A DNA stretch of 32,000 bases, from NCBI RefSeq assembly GCF_000009965.1, contig NC_006624.1:1380001-1412000 (forward strand). The letters run 5' to 3'. Below the pieces are notes generated by a model. The model was given only the letters and a program-made list of their open reading frames with translations. It had not been told where the DNA came from and ran no database searches. This DNA comes from Thermococcus kodakarensis KOD1 (GTDB lineage: Archaea > Methanobacteriota_B > Thermococci > Thermococcales > Thermococcaceae). The first letter of the stretch is position 1, and every line of letters begins with the position of its first letter. The translations under genes were made by a program, and so were the position numbers. This document shows, piece after piece, positions 14,480-24,899 of this stretch.

Positions 14480-16058
14480 CGTCCTGATGACGCCGGTGTC
14501 CTCAGTGCCGGTCCTCTTTCAGTTCCAGGGACAGATCAGCGTGGGGAACCTGAGCGCAACCGCCCCTGTCCTGCTCAACCTAAGTGTCGGGGAGTGGCAG
14601 GTTGAGGCGTCTATTGGAGACATCACCGTTATCTTCAACATGAGCGTTGGGAGTGTACCCCTGGTTGTGGAGATCAACGGCTCACTTTTGGACGATTCCC
14701 TAAAAGGGTTCTCAAGGGCAATCGTTTTCTCTGATGGGAAAAGAGTCCCAGCGCTTGAATCGGAGGAAATGCCCTCAGCGTCATCGCCGGACTGGACCAC
14801 CGGTGAGGGTGCAAGCTTAATGATAGGACCATCAAAGCCAGTCCCTATGGGGACTGTCATTCTTTCACACTCTACAAGAGAATATCTCCTCCTTCCCGGC
14901 GGCCTTCCTGTGGCTGCCGAGTATGCGGGTGTTAAGAAATACTGTCTAATCGATATATCAGGAGATAAGAACAGCTGGAGTGCCTACGGCAGCTGCTCCC
15001 GCCAGCCGATTAGCAACGCTACTATCCCGGTTCCAGTAGGCATAACTTCAAAACCTGCCAACGCCACCGTTTACGTCAACGGCTTTCATCTTTTCGGTGA
15101 GTGGTTTACCCCGATGAGGCTCTACCTCCCCTTTACCTCCCGGCTGAGCTCGTACAACGTCTCGCTCGGCACCAACGGCTACCCATTTGTCTCTGGCGTC
15201 GTGGTTTCCGCCGGGAGGAACCTCACTCTCCAGGTAGACCTTCTAGCGCTGTCTAGGTCGGTTTCGATTCATCCAAAGGAAGGAACACTAAGAGTCTCAA
15301 CGACGCCCCCGAACGCAAGTATTGCAATTTTTGCTGGAAATCAGAAGGTATTCTCCGGAAGAAGCCCACTTAGGCTGTCCCTCCCTGCGGGTACCTATAC
15401 CATCAGCGCCTATCTGGCAGGATACGGAGGCGTCGTGAAGAACGTGACGGTTCCGGCCAACGGAAGTGTCTCGTTGAACATGACTCTCAGCTCCCTGCCG
15501 GCTGAGCTCAACGTTGTCACGGTTCCTCCGGGGGCGAAGGTGAAGGTCGGGAACAGAACGTGTACCTCCCCCTGCTCCCTAAACCTGACTGCCGGTGTTT
15601 ACAACGTTTCGGCCTTCCTTAGGGGCTACCTTCCGAACTCCACCCTGATCCACCTGTCCCCTGGCACTTTCAGAAACGTCTCGCTGAACCTGGTTAAGAT
15701 GCCGGTCCTCGTAGTTGCGACCTCTCCAGCTGGAGCCACCGTTGAAGTTGGCGGAGGGGAATGCATTACGCCCTGCAACCTCTCCATAATGCCGGGCAAC
15801 CACAGCCTCAAGGTCGAGAAAGGGGGCTACGAGGAAGCATTCATGATAATCACTCTCAGGGCAGGAGAGGTGACCCACATCAACATCACACTCAGAAAAA
15901 CTTCTGATAAAATTTTCACTCGAACTCCCATAAAAACTAGCCCAACATCCAACAAAAACCCCGACCAAGGATACAAGGAGATAAACAATAAATGGCTCCT
16001 TCCGGCCGCGCTGGTACTGCTCCTCATTATCGCCCTTGTCCTCAGGAGGAAGCGCTGA
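14436..16058 (+). CDS. cell-surface protein with four PEGA/carboxypeptidase-regulatory-like repeats and a C-terminal TM anchor
   Basis: Signal peptide MGKLRRLFLLSILFSVLMTPVSS. GGGGGGAGGGTGA lies 6 nt upstream. The gene overlaps the ATPase gene by 44 nt. Repeats lie at aa ~199-268, 283-351, 356-420 and 423-487, for example VSTTPPNASIAIFAGN..LPAGTYTISAYLAGY, VTVPPGAKVKVGN..LTAGVYNVSAFLRGY and VATSPAGATVEVGG..IMPGNHSLKVEKGGY. The C-terminus is WLLPAALVLLLIIALVLRRKR. Confidence 0.75.
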   Translation: MGKLRRLFLLSILFSVLMTPVSSVPVLFQFQGQISVGNLSATAPVLLNLSVGEWQVEASIGDITVIFNMSVGSVPLVVEINGSLLDDSLKGFSRAIVFSDGKRVPALESEEMPSASSPDWTTGEGASLMIGPSKPVPMGTVILSHSTREYLLLPGGLPVAAEYAGVKKYCLIDISGDKNSWSAYGSCSRQPISNATIPVPVGITSKPANATVYVNGFHLFGEWFTPMRLYLPFTSRLSSYNVSLGTNGYPFVSGVVVSAGRNLTLQVDLLALSRSVSIHPKEGTLRVSTTPPNASIAIFAGNQKVFSGRSPLRLSLPAGTYTISAYLAGYGGVVKNVTVPANGSVSLNMTLSSLPAELNVVTVPPGAKVKVGNRTCTSPCSLNLTAGVYNVSAFLRGYLPNSTLIHLSPGTFRNVSLNLVKMPVLVVATSPAGATVEVGGGECITPCNLSIMPGNHSLKVEKGGYEEAFMIITLRAGEVTHINITLRKTSDKIFTRTPIKTSPTSNKNPDQGYKEINNKWLLPAALVLLLIIALVLRRKR

Positions 16059-16079
16059 CTTTTCTTACCCAACGTAATC

Positions 16080-16087
16080 TTTTTAAG
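16080..16087 (+). promoter_or_regulatory. TATA box candidate for the KaiC-like operon
   Basis: TTTTTAAG ends 20 nt before the ATG at 16108. A T-rich stretch just upstream (16059-16070) may also terminate the preceding operon. Confidence 0.45.
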
Positions 16088-16107
16088 CCCTTCCACACAG
16101 GAACATA

Positions 16108-16890
16108 ATGGTAACTAAAAGTAAATTTAAGGGGGTGGTCACGATGATCAAGAGGGTAAAGACCGGCATCCCGGGCATGGACGAGATACTCCATGGGGGA
16201 ATACCCGAGAGGAACGTCGTTCTTCTCAGCGGCGGGCCCGGAACCGGAAAGTCAATCTTCTCACAGCAGTTCCTCTGGAACGGCCTCCAGATGGGTGAGC
16301 CAGGAATCTACGTGGCTCTGGAAGAGCACCCGGTTCAGGTGAGACAAAACATGGCTCAGTTCGGCTGGGATGTCAGGAAGTACGAGGAAGAAGGATTATT
16401 CGCGATGGTAGATGCCTTCACCGCTGGAATCGGCAAGAGCAAGGAGTACGAGAAGTACATCGTCCACGATTTGACGGACATCAGGGAGTTCATAGACGTC
16501 CTCAGGACGGCCGTCAAGGACATTGGAGCCAAGAGGCTGGTCGTTGATTCAGTTACGACGCTCTACATCAACAAACCAGCTATGGCGAGAAGCATTGTGA
16601 TGCAGCTCAAGCGCGTTCTGGCCGGCCTCGGGGTCACGAGCATCTTCGTCAGCCAGATAAGCGTTGGTGAGCGCGGTTTCGGTGGTCCCGGTGTCGAGCA
16701 TGGCGTTGATGGCATAATTCGCCTCGACCTCGACGAGATTGACGGCGAGCTGAAGCGCTCTCTGATAGTCTGGAAGATGCGCGGAACGAGCCACAGTATG
16801 AGAAGGCACCCGTTTGATATCACCGACAAGGGAATAATCGTCTATCCCGACAAGGTCCTCAAGAGGAAGGCCGTCATCGAGCTTGAGTGA
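16108..16890 (+). CDS. single-domain KaiC-like / RecA-superfamily ATPase
   Basis: [37 protein letters not shown] (Walker A) and Walker [11 protein letters not shown]-terminal [28 protein letters not shown] segment is typical of KaiC/RadA-like paralogues. Start ambiguity: ATG 16108 has leaderless spacing from the TATA, while ATG 16144 ([11 protein letters not shown]) sits behind GGGGGTGG. Confidence 0.85.
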
Positions 16891-16912
16891 AAACCGAAGG
16901 GAGGTGATGGAA

Positions 16913-17461
16913 ATGGTGGAGGTTCCACTGAACCCGATTGGAAGGGAGGAAATCCACAGGCTTGAGAGCATACTCCTGTTTGCGACGCTCTTCAGGCCCG
17001 AGGTCATAGAGCTCATCAAGGACCCGGCGGAGAGGCTTACCTGGGTTGACAGCCTGGCAGTGGCTGCCGGTGCAATAGCCAGGGAGAAGGCTGGCATGAC
17101 CGTCAGCGAGATAGCCGAAGAGCTCGGCAGGACGGAGCAGACAATAAGGAAGCACCTCAAGGGCGAGACAAAAGCAGGACAGCTCGTCAGGGAGACCTAC
17201 GAGCTCATCAAGCAGGGCAAGCTCGACGAGCTCGTAAAGAACGTTGAGGTTCTAGCCAAGGGCGGCCAGCTCGTTGCGATGGAGGAGTACGAGAAGCTCA
17301 AGAAGGAGAAGGAGGAGCTCGAAGCAAAAGTCAGGGAGCTTGAGGAGAGGGTCAAGACCCTCGAGGAGGAGAACCACCAGCTCAAGGCAAAGCTTGAAAA
17401 CGTTAGAAAAGTCCTAAACGACGCCCTGGAGAGAGTGAAGGAAATAGAAAAGCTGCTCTGA
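16913..17461 (+). CDS. HTH-containing protein with C-terminal coiled coil, unknown family
   Basis: The track ORF starts at TTG 16883. ATG 16913 (or 16907) follows GAAGGGAGGTGA. HTH-like MTVSEIAEELGRTEQTIRKHLKG. The last ~65 aa are heptad-like: EYEKLKKEKEELEAKVRELEERVKTLEEENHQLKAKLENVRKVL. Confidence 0.65.
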   Translation: MVEVPLNPIGREEIHRLESILLFATLFRPEVIELIKDPAERLTWVDSLAVAAGAIAREKAGMTVSEIAEELGRTEQTIRKHLKGETKAGQLVRETYELIKQGKLDELVKNVEVLAKGGQLVAMEEYEKLKKEKEELEAKVRELEERVKTLEEENHQLKAKLENVRKVLNDALERVKEIEKLL

Positions 17462-17466
17462 ACTTC

Positions 17467-17898
17467 TTAGCCGCTTCCGTTTCCGTTCTTTCTTAATGCT
17501 TCTTCCCAGGTCATTATCATGTGGGTGAAGGTCTCGTCGTCCTCTTCGATGCCACGCTTTATCTCTGAGACGTGAGCGTACTTGGCCTTAAACTGCTCGA
17601 GGATGTAGTCAACGGCCTTCTCGGGGTTGGCCTTGGTGCCGCAGGTGTAGACGTCGAGTGCGGCGTAACCCTTCTCCGGCCAGGTGTGGACTGAGATGTG
17701 GCTCTCAGCGACTATGACGACGCCGCTGACCCCTGTCGGGGAGAACTTGAAGAAGTAGCTTGCCTTGACCTCCATGTTGCCCACTTTGGCCGCTTCGAGG
17801 AATATCTGCCTTATCCTGTCAGCGTTACCGAGAACCTCAGGATCGCAACCGGCAGCCTCAACAACGTAGTGAAAACCTATCGTCTCTATCTCGGTCAT
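17467..17898 (-). CDS. speH: pyruvoyl-dependent S-adenosylmethionine decarboxylase proenzyme
   Basis: GFHYVVEAAGC...VSGVVIVAESHISVHTWPEKGYAALDVYTCG contains the E-S self-processing site and the HTWPE motif of class 1 AdoMetDC. The track start is GTG 17907. The ATG at 17898 has AGGTGA 5 nt upstream. The stop is only 5 nt from the convergent stop at 17461. Confidence 0.85.
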   Translation of the reverse strand: MTEIETIGFHYVVEAAGCDPEVLGNADRIRQIFLEAAKVGNMEVKASYFFKFSPTGVSGVVIVAESHISVHTWPEKGYAALDVYTCGTKANPEKAVDYILEQFKAKYAHVSEIKRGIEEDDETFTHMIMTWEEALRKNGNGSG

Positions 17899-18209
17899 GG
17901 CTCTCACCTGAACCTTTGGTTGTTGACACCCTTTTTAAAGTTAATCCCAAAATAGAAGGGCAAGTAACGGGCCGATTCTGGACTGAGCGGACATTTACCG
18001 TTTTCTATCGATTTAAACCGACTTTTTCTGGGTGTTTTTGATTATAACTGCAATTTTTATCCCAATTGGGCATAAAGTCTACCACAACGGCCCGAACCCA
18101 AAAAACAAACACCGAAGAGTGAATCCATGAAATCCACCACTAATTTTAAAACCGTCGGGGTTTTTATTAACCAACAAGTTACCGAATCAAAACTTTCAGG
18201 GGTGAACGT

Positions 18210-19115
18210 ATGGCCAAGGGTAAAACTCAAAAGCCCGGACAAACCGCCGAAGTTCGGGCAAAAAGCAGGGAAAAGCTGAGGTTTCTTGCTGAAATGGAGC
18301 CCAAGAAAATGATAACCTACCCGCTTGTTGTTTTCATAGTGGCACTCCTCCTGCTGGCAGTGCACTTCCCGCCCCTCGGAATAGACCTCAAGGGCGGTGT
18401 TGTGGTAACTGGAGAGGGAATCAGCGCAAACCCTGACCAGCTGGAGAAGGAACTGAGCGGCTGGCTTGGCATCGAAGCCCACGTTGAGAGCTTCACCAGC
18501 GTTAGTGGATCAAAGGGAATAAGGGTCTATGCTCCCGCTGGAACCGATCCTCAAAAAATAATAGACATCCTCAAGGAAAAGTACCCCAACGCAGACTTCA
18601 CCCACAGCGATGTTCAGCCGACCTTCGGAGAGATGGCAAAGAAACAGGGCACTAGGGCGATCATCTTCGCATTCATCGCAATGGCGATTGTTGTGTTCCT
18701 GTTCTTCAGGAACCCAGTGTCATCTCTGGCGATAATCTTCTCGGCGCTCTCCGACATGATCATAGCCGTTGCCGTTATGGGAATATTCGGAATTCAGCTC
18801 ACAACCGCCACGATAGCTGCTCTCTTGATGCTCATAGGTTACACCGTGGACAGCAACATCCTCCTCACAACAAAACTGACTAAGAGAAAGGAGTACACCA
18901 TCGAAGAGGCCTATCTAAGCGCTGTTTCAACCGGCTTCACGATGAGCACAACAACACTCGGTGCCCTCCTGATGCTGTGGATAATATCAACCTCACCCGT
19001 CCTGGACAACATAGCGGCTGTCCTGATATTCGGTCTGCTGGCCGATTTTATGAACACATGGATTTTCAACGCAGGTGTTCTGCGGTGGTACCTCTCGAGG
19101 GGGGTTGAACTATGA
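18210..19115 (+). CDS. secF: protein-export membrane protein SecF
   Basis: 301 aa. One N-terminal TM and a periplasmic-type domain are followed by five TM helices with RND-like LIGYTVDSNILL. AGGGGTGA SD. ATGA-type overlap with secD (19112-19115). The secF-then-secD order is the usual archaeal arrangement. Confidence 0.85.
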   Translation: MAKGKTQKPGQTAEVRAKSREKLRFLAEMEPKKMITYPLVVFIVALLLLAVHFPPLGIDLKGGVVVTGEGISANPDQLEKELSGWLGIEAHVESFTSVSGSKGIRVYAPAGTDPQKIIDILKEKYPNADFTHSDVQPTFGEMAKKQGTRAIIFAFIAMAIVVFLFFRNPVSSLAIIFSALSDMIIAVAVMGIFGIQLTTATIAALLMLIGYTVDSNILLTTKLTKRKEYTIEEAYLSAVSTGFTMSTTTLGALLMLWIISTSPVLDNIAAVLIFGLLADFMNTWIFNAGVLRWYLSRGVEL

Positions 19116-20632
19116 ACAGAAAGCTCAAGAAAATCCTCCTGAACTGGAAGGTTCTCCTGCTCATTATATTCCTCATAGGCTCAATAGGTTCTCTCTACAC
19201 AAGGGGACTCACCTTCGGAATAGACATCTCCGGCGGTGTCGCGCTTATCGCGCAGACGGAAGAGCCCGTTGACTCAAAGACAATGGAGCTCGTCGTGGAT
19301 TCCCTCCAGAAGAGGCTCAACACCTTCGGTCTAAGGGACATCTCAGTTGAAGGTCAGGGCAACAGCATAGTCGTGGTTAAGGTTGCAAACGTGAGCTCAA
19401 CAGAAGAGGCAAACCAGCTCAAACAGGTTATTGAGAGCCAGGGTGTCTTCTTCATGGAGTTCAACGGTGTTGTCTTTGGAACCGGAAAGGACATCACCTA
19501 CGTCGGCCCCTATGAGATAAAATCCGACAACAGCTGGGCGGTTCCGTTCAGGATATCGAAGAGCGCCGCCGAGAAGTTTGCGGAGCTGGCCAAGGGAAAG
19601 GCGGGATGGCCAGTTGATATGTTCCTCGATCCACCGATTAATTCCCTCCTTGTTGTTCCTCAGGATGTCTTCATGACAATGAACGGAACGGCCTTTAACG
19701 CGGGCGCCCCCGATGCACCACCACTGGCCGCCAGGATAGAGAAGGCCCTTAACATAACGACCATAATGTACACCAACCAGAGCGCCACCGAACTCAAGGA
19801 AATGGCAAACGGCAGGGCAATCGTCCTCGCAGGAGTTCCCAGGGAGCTCTACGACGGGCTGAAGGATATGAACGTGAGCGTTAAGTACATCCCGAGTGAG
19901 CCAAGTGCTGACACTACATCCTTCGTCAAGGAAATACTCGGACTCTACGGCCCGTATTCGCTCGGTGAAGGACTTGCCAACGGTGTTCCTCAGACCGACG
20001 TTCAGATAACCGGACGCGCATCCAACAGGGTTGAAGCGGAAAGGGAAGCTAAAACTGTGTACACCGTGCTCAAGAGCGGTTCCCTCCCGGTCAAGCTCAA
20101 GGTCATCAGCATGGAGTTCATATCTCCAAAGCTCGGGCAGGACTTTAAGAAGCAGGCCCTTTATGCGGGCCTCGCCGCACTGGTGGCGGTCCTCCTCATC
20201 GTTTACTTCCACTACAGGAACTGGAAGATAGCAATACCCGTCGCGAGCACCAGCCTCTTTGAGGTCATAATCATCCTCGGAATAGCTGCCCTTATCAAGT
20301 GGAACCTCGATCTGCCGAGCATAGCCGGTATAATCGCGGCAATAGGTACGGGCGTTGACCAGCAGGTAGTCATAACCGACGAGCTCCTCGGCGGAGAGAG
20401 GAGCACAAGGATAACCAGACGTGCCGGAGCTCTCAAGAGAATCGGAAGGGCGTTCTTTATCATATTCGCCTCGGCGGCAACCACCATAGCGGCAATGAGC
20501 TTCCTCCTCGTGTACTTCGTCGGAACGCTCAAGGGCTTCGCGGTGACGACGATAATCGGCGTCCTCATCGGAATATTCGTGACGAGACCCGCCTATGCAG
20601 AGGTTGCCAAGTACCTCATCGGTGAGGAGTGA
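19112..20632 (+). CDS. secD: protein-export membrane protein SecD
   Basis: 506 aa. An N-terminal TM and a large extracytoplasmic domain are followed by six TM helices with IAAIGTGVDQQVVITDE. Confidence 0.85.
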   Translation: MNRKLKKILLNWKVLLLIIFLIGSIGSLYTRGLTFGIDISGGVALIAQTEEPVDSKTMELVVDSLQKRLNTFGLRDISVEGQGNSIVVVKVANVSSTEEANQLKQVIESQGVFFMEFNGVVFGTGKDITYVGPYEIKSDNSWAVPFRISKSAAEKFAELAKGKAGWPVDMFLDPPINSLLVVPQDVFMTMNGTAFNAGAPDAPPLAARIEKALNITTIMYTNQSATELKEMANGRAIVLAGVPRELYDGLKDMNVSVKYIPSEPSADTTSFVKEILGLYGPYSLGEGLANGVPQTDVQITGRASNRVEAEREAKTVYTVLKSGSLPVKLKVISMEFISPKLGQDFKKQALYAGLAALVAVLLIVYFHYRNWKIAIPVASTSLFEVIIILGIAALIKWNLDLPSIAGIIAAIGTGVDQQVVITDELLGGERSTRITRRAGALKRIGRAFFIIFASAATTIAAMSFLLVYFVGTLKGFAVTTIIGVLIGIFVTRPAYAEVAKYLIGEE

Positions 20633-21321
20633 TGTACGTCATAATAATGGGCGCTGGAAGAGTGGGATACCTCGTGGCAAAGATGCTTGAAGAGGACGGC
20701 CACGACGTAACGATAATAGAAATGGACCGGGACAGGGCGAAGGAGCTCTCCCTAATGATAAACGGCCTGGTAATCGAGGGAGATGCGACCGACACGAAGA
20801 CGCTGGAGGAGGCCAACATAAAGCAGGCAGATGCCTTCGCGGCTTTAACGGGAAGGGACGACGCAAACCTCCTAGCCTGCATACTGGCGAAGAGCCTCAA
20901 CCCGAACATCAAGACATCCCTGAGGGTCAGCAACCCCAAGAACAGGAGGATATTCGAAGAGGTCAAAGACCTGAAAAAGTACTTTGACTTCGTCATATCC
21001 CCCGAGGAGATAGCGGCGGAGTACATAAGCAGGAACATCGTTACTCCTGGCTTTGACAGAGTCCTGTTCCCGAAGGAGGGTGCCGAGATAGTTAGGTTCA
21101 CCATAGACGAGAACAGCAAGGTTGCAGGAAAGCTCGTGAAAGACCTCAACCTTCCGAGGGATGCTCTGATAGTGGCCATCTACGACGGCAAGGGCAACCT
21201 GATAATACCATCTGGAGACACCAAACTGCCAGAGAAGGGCCAGATAATAATATTCGCAAAGAACTCTGCCCTCAAAGAGGTCAAAGAGCTGTTTGAGGAT
21301 AGAAAAGAGGAATCCGAATAA
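20632..21321 (+). CDS. trkA: TrkA-type K+ transport regulatory protein (TrkA-N Rossmann + TrkA-C)
   Basis: MYVIIMGAGRVGYLVAKMLEEDGHDVTIIEMD (GxGxxG NAD-binding fold). C-terminal RCK_C segment VAGKLVKDLNLPRDALIVAIYDGKGNLIIPSGDTKLPEKGQIIIFA. The start overlaps the secD stop (TGATG). No TrkH-type membrane partner is in the window. Confidence 0.85.
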   Translation: MYVIIMGAGRVGYLVAKMLEEDGHDVTIIEMDRDRAKELSLMINGLVIEGDATDTKTLEEANIKQADAFAALTGRDDANLLACILAKSLNPNIKTSLRVSNPKNRRIFEEVKDLKKYFDFVISPEEIAAEYISRNIVTPGFDRVLFPKEGAEIVRFTIDENSKVAGKLVKDLNLPRDALIVAIYDGKGNLIIPSGDTKLPEKGQIIIFAKNSALKEVKELFEDRKEESE

Positions 21322-21326
21322 ATTCC

Positions 21327-21353
21327 AATTTTACCTCTTTTTTCTCAAACTTT
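21327..21353 (+). terminator. oligo-T terminator candidate after trkA
   Basis: AATTTTACCTCTTTTTTCTC, with a T6 run at 21338-21343, lies 6-30 nt after the TAA stop. Confidence 0.5.
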
Positions 21354-21370
21354 CTAGACCGACCATAAAC

Positions 21371-21378
21371 TATTTAAA
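21371..21378 (+). promoter_or_regulatory. TATA box candidate for the ATP synthase operon
   Basis: TATTTAAA lies ~63 nt upstream of the atpH ATG. GGAGGGA SD at 21428-21434. Confidence 0.5.
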
Positions 21379-21440
21379 GCGATTAGGCTAGCCAAAGCTG
21401 TCAGAGGAACCTGTTTTCACTGTCATCGGAGGGACGGCTC

Positions 21441-21752
21441 ATGGAAGACGTCATCAAGCGGATTGTTGAAGCAGAAAAAGAGGCAGAGACCCGCATTGAA
21501 AAGGCAGAGCATGAGGCAAAGGAGATAATAAGGAAAGCAAAGGAAGAAGCTAAGAAAATTGAGGAAGAGACCATCAAAAAGGCCGAGGAGGAGTCACAGA
21601 ACCTCATAGAGAAGGCCCGCCTTGAGGGTGAAACCGAAGCCAAGAAAATCCTCGAGGAGGGGGAGAAAGAGATTTCTGCACTCCGCGAGAGGGCGGAGTC
21701 AAACTTTGAGACAGCTATCCAGGAAGCCATAGAACTCGTCAGGGGGGCCTGA
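21441..21752 (+). CDS. atpH: A1AO ATP synthase subunit H
   Basis: 103 aa, E/K-rich all-helical protein in first position of the canonical Thermococcales atpHIKECFABD order. Confidence 0.85.
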   Translation: MEDVIKRIVEAEKEAETRIEKAEHEAKEIIRKAKEEAKKIEEETIKKAEEESQNLIEKARLEGETEAKKILEEGEKEISALRERAESNFETAIQEAIELVRGA

Positions 21753-21753
21753 T

Positions 21754-24248
<2,495 letters not shown>

Positions 24249-24287
24249 AGCCCTCTCCTTTTTATAATCTTTGAGGGGGACTGAATA

Positions 24288-24899
24288 ATGGAAGGCGCAG
24301 AACTGATAATTCAGGAAATAAACAGGGAAGCGGAGCAGAAGATACAGTACATCCTCAGCGAGGCCCAGAAAGAGGCTGAGAAGATCAAGGAAGAGGCTAG
24401 GAAGAGGGCCGAGGACAGGGCCCAGTGGATACTCAGGAAGGCCAAGACCCAGGCTGAGATGGAGAAACAGAGAGCGATAGCCAGCGCCAGGCTGGAGGTA
24501 AGGAAGAAGAGGCTCGAAGTCCAAGAAGAGATGATAAGGGCAGTTCTCTCGGCCTTAAGGGAGAGGCTCGCTTCACTTCCCGCTGATGAGTACTTCCAGA
24601 CCCTCGTCACGCTCACTACCGAAGCCCTTGAGGAGCTCAACATCGACTCCGCCGTCGTCCGCTCCAACGAGGAGACCCTCAAGCTCATCGTTGAAAAGCT
24701 CCCAGAGTTCAAGAAGAGCGTTTCAGAGAAGCTCGGGAAAGAGGTCGAGATAACGGTTGGAGAACCGATAAGCACAATCGGCGGCGTCCTGGTTGAGAGC
24801 TCCGACGGAAGCGTCAGGGTTGACAACACCTTTGAAGCCAGGATTGAGAGGCTCGAAGCGGATCTGAGGGCCAGGATCGCCAAGGCTCTCTTTGGGTGA
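24288..24899 (+). CDS. atpE: A1AO ATP synthase subunit E
   Basis: 203 aa. A long N-terminal E/K/R-rich helix and a C-terminal globular domain (GGVLVESSDGSVRVDNTFEARIERL). Confidence 0.9.
   Translation: MEGAELIIQEINREAEQKIQYILSEAQKEAEKIKEEARKRAEDRAQWILRKAKTQAEMEKQRAIASARLEVRKKRLEVQEEMIRAVLSALRERLASLPADEYFQTLVTLTTEALEELNIDSAVVRSNEETLKLIVEKLPEFKKSVSEKLGKEVEITVGEPISTIGGVLVESSDGSVRVDNTFEARIERLEADLRARIAKALFG

Noticed and set aside
6001-16058. C-terminal TM-plus-basic-tail ends of four proteins (RKYGRR, RRKR, GVRR, RWVR), considered as archaeosortase-type sorting signals
   Set aside because: There is no shared signature motif (PGF, PEF, VPXXXP or similar) preceding the helices. Simple type-I membrane anchors explain them, and no archaeosortase gene is present in the window.
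18057-18482. 141-aa minus-strand ORF spanning the secF promoter and start
   Set aside because: It overlaps the secF 5' end antisense. It has no SD or TATA in a sensible position, and its composition is odd (Cys/His/Phe-rich).
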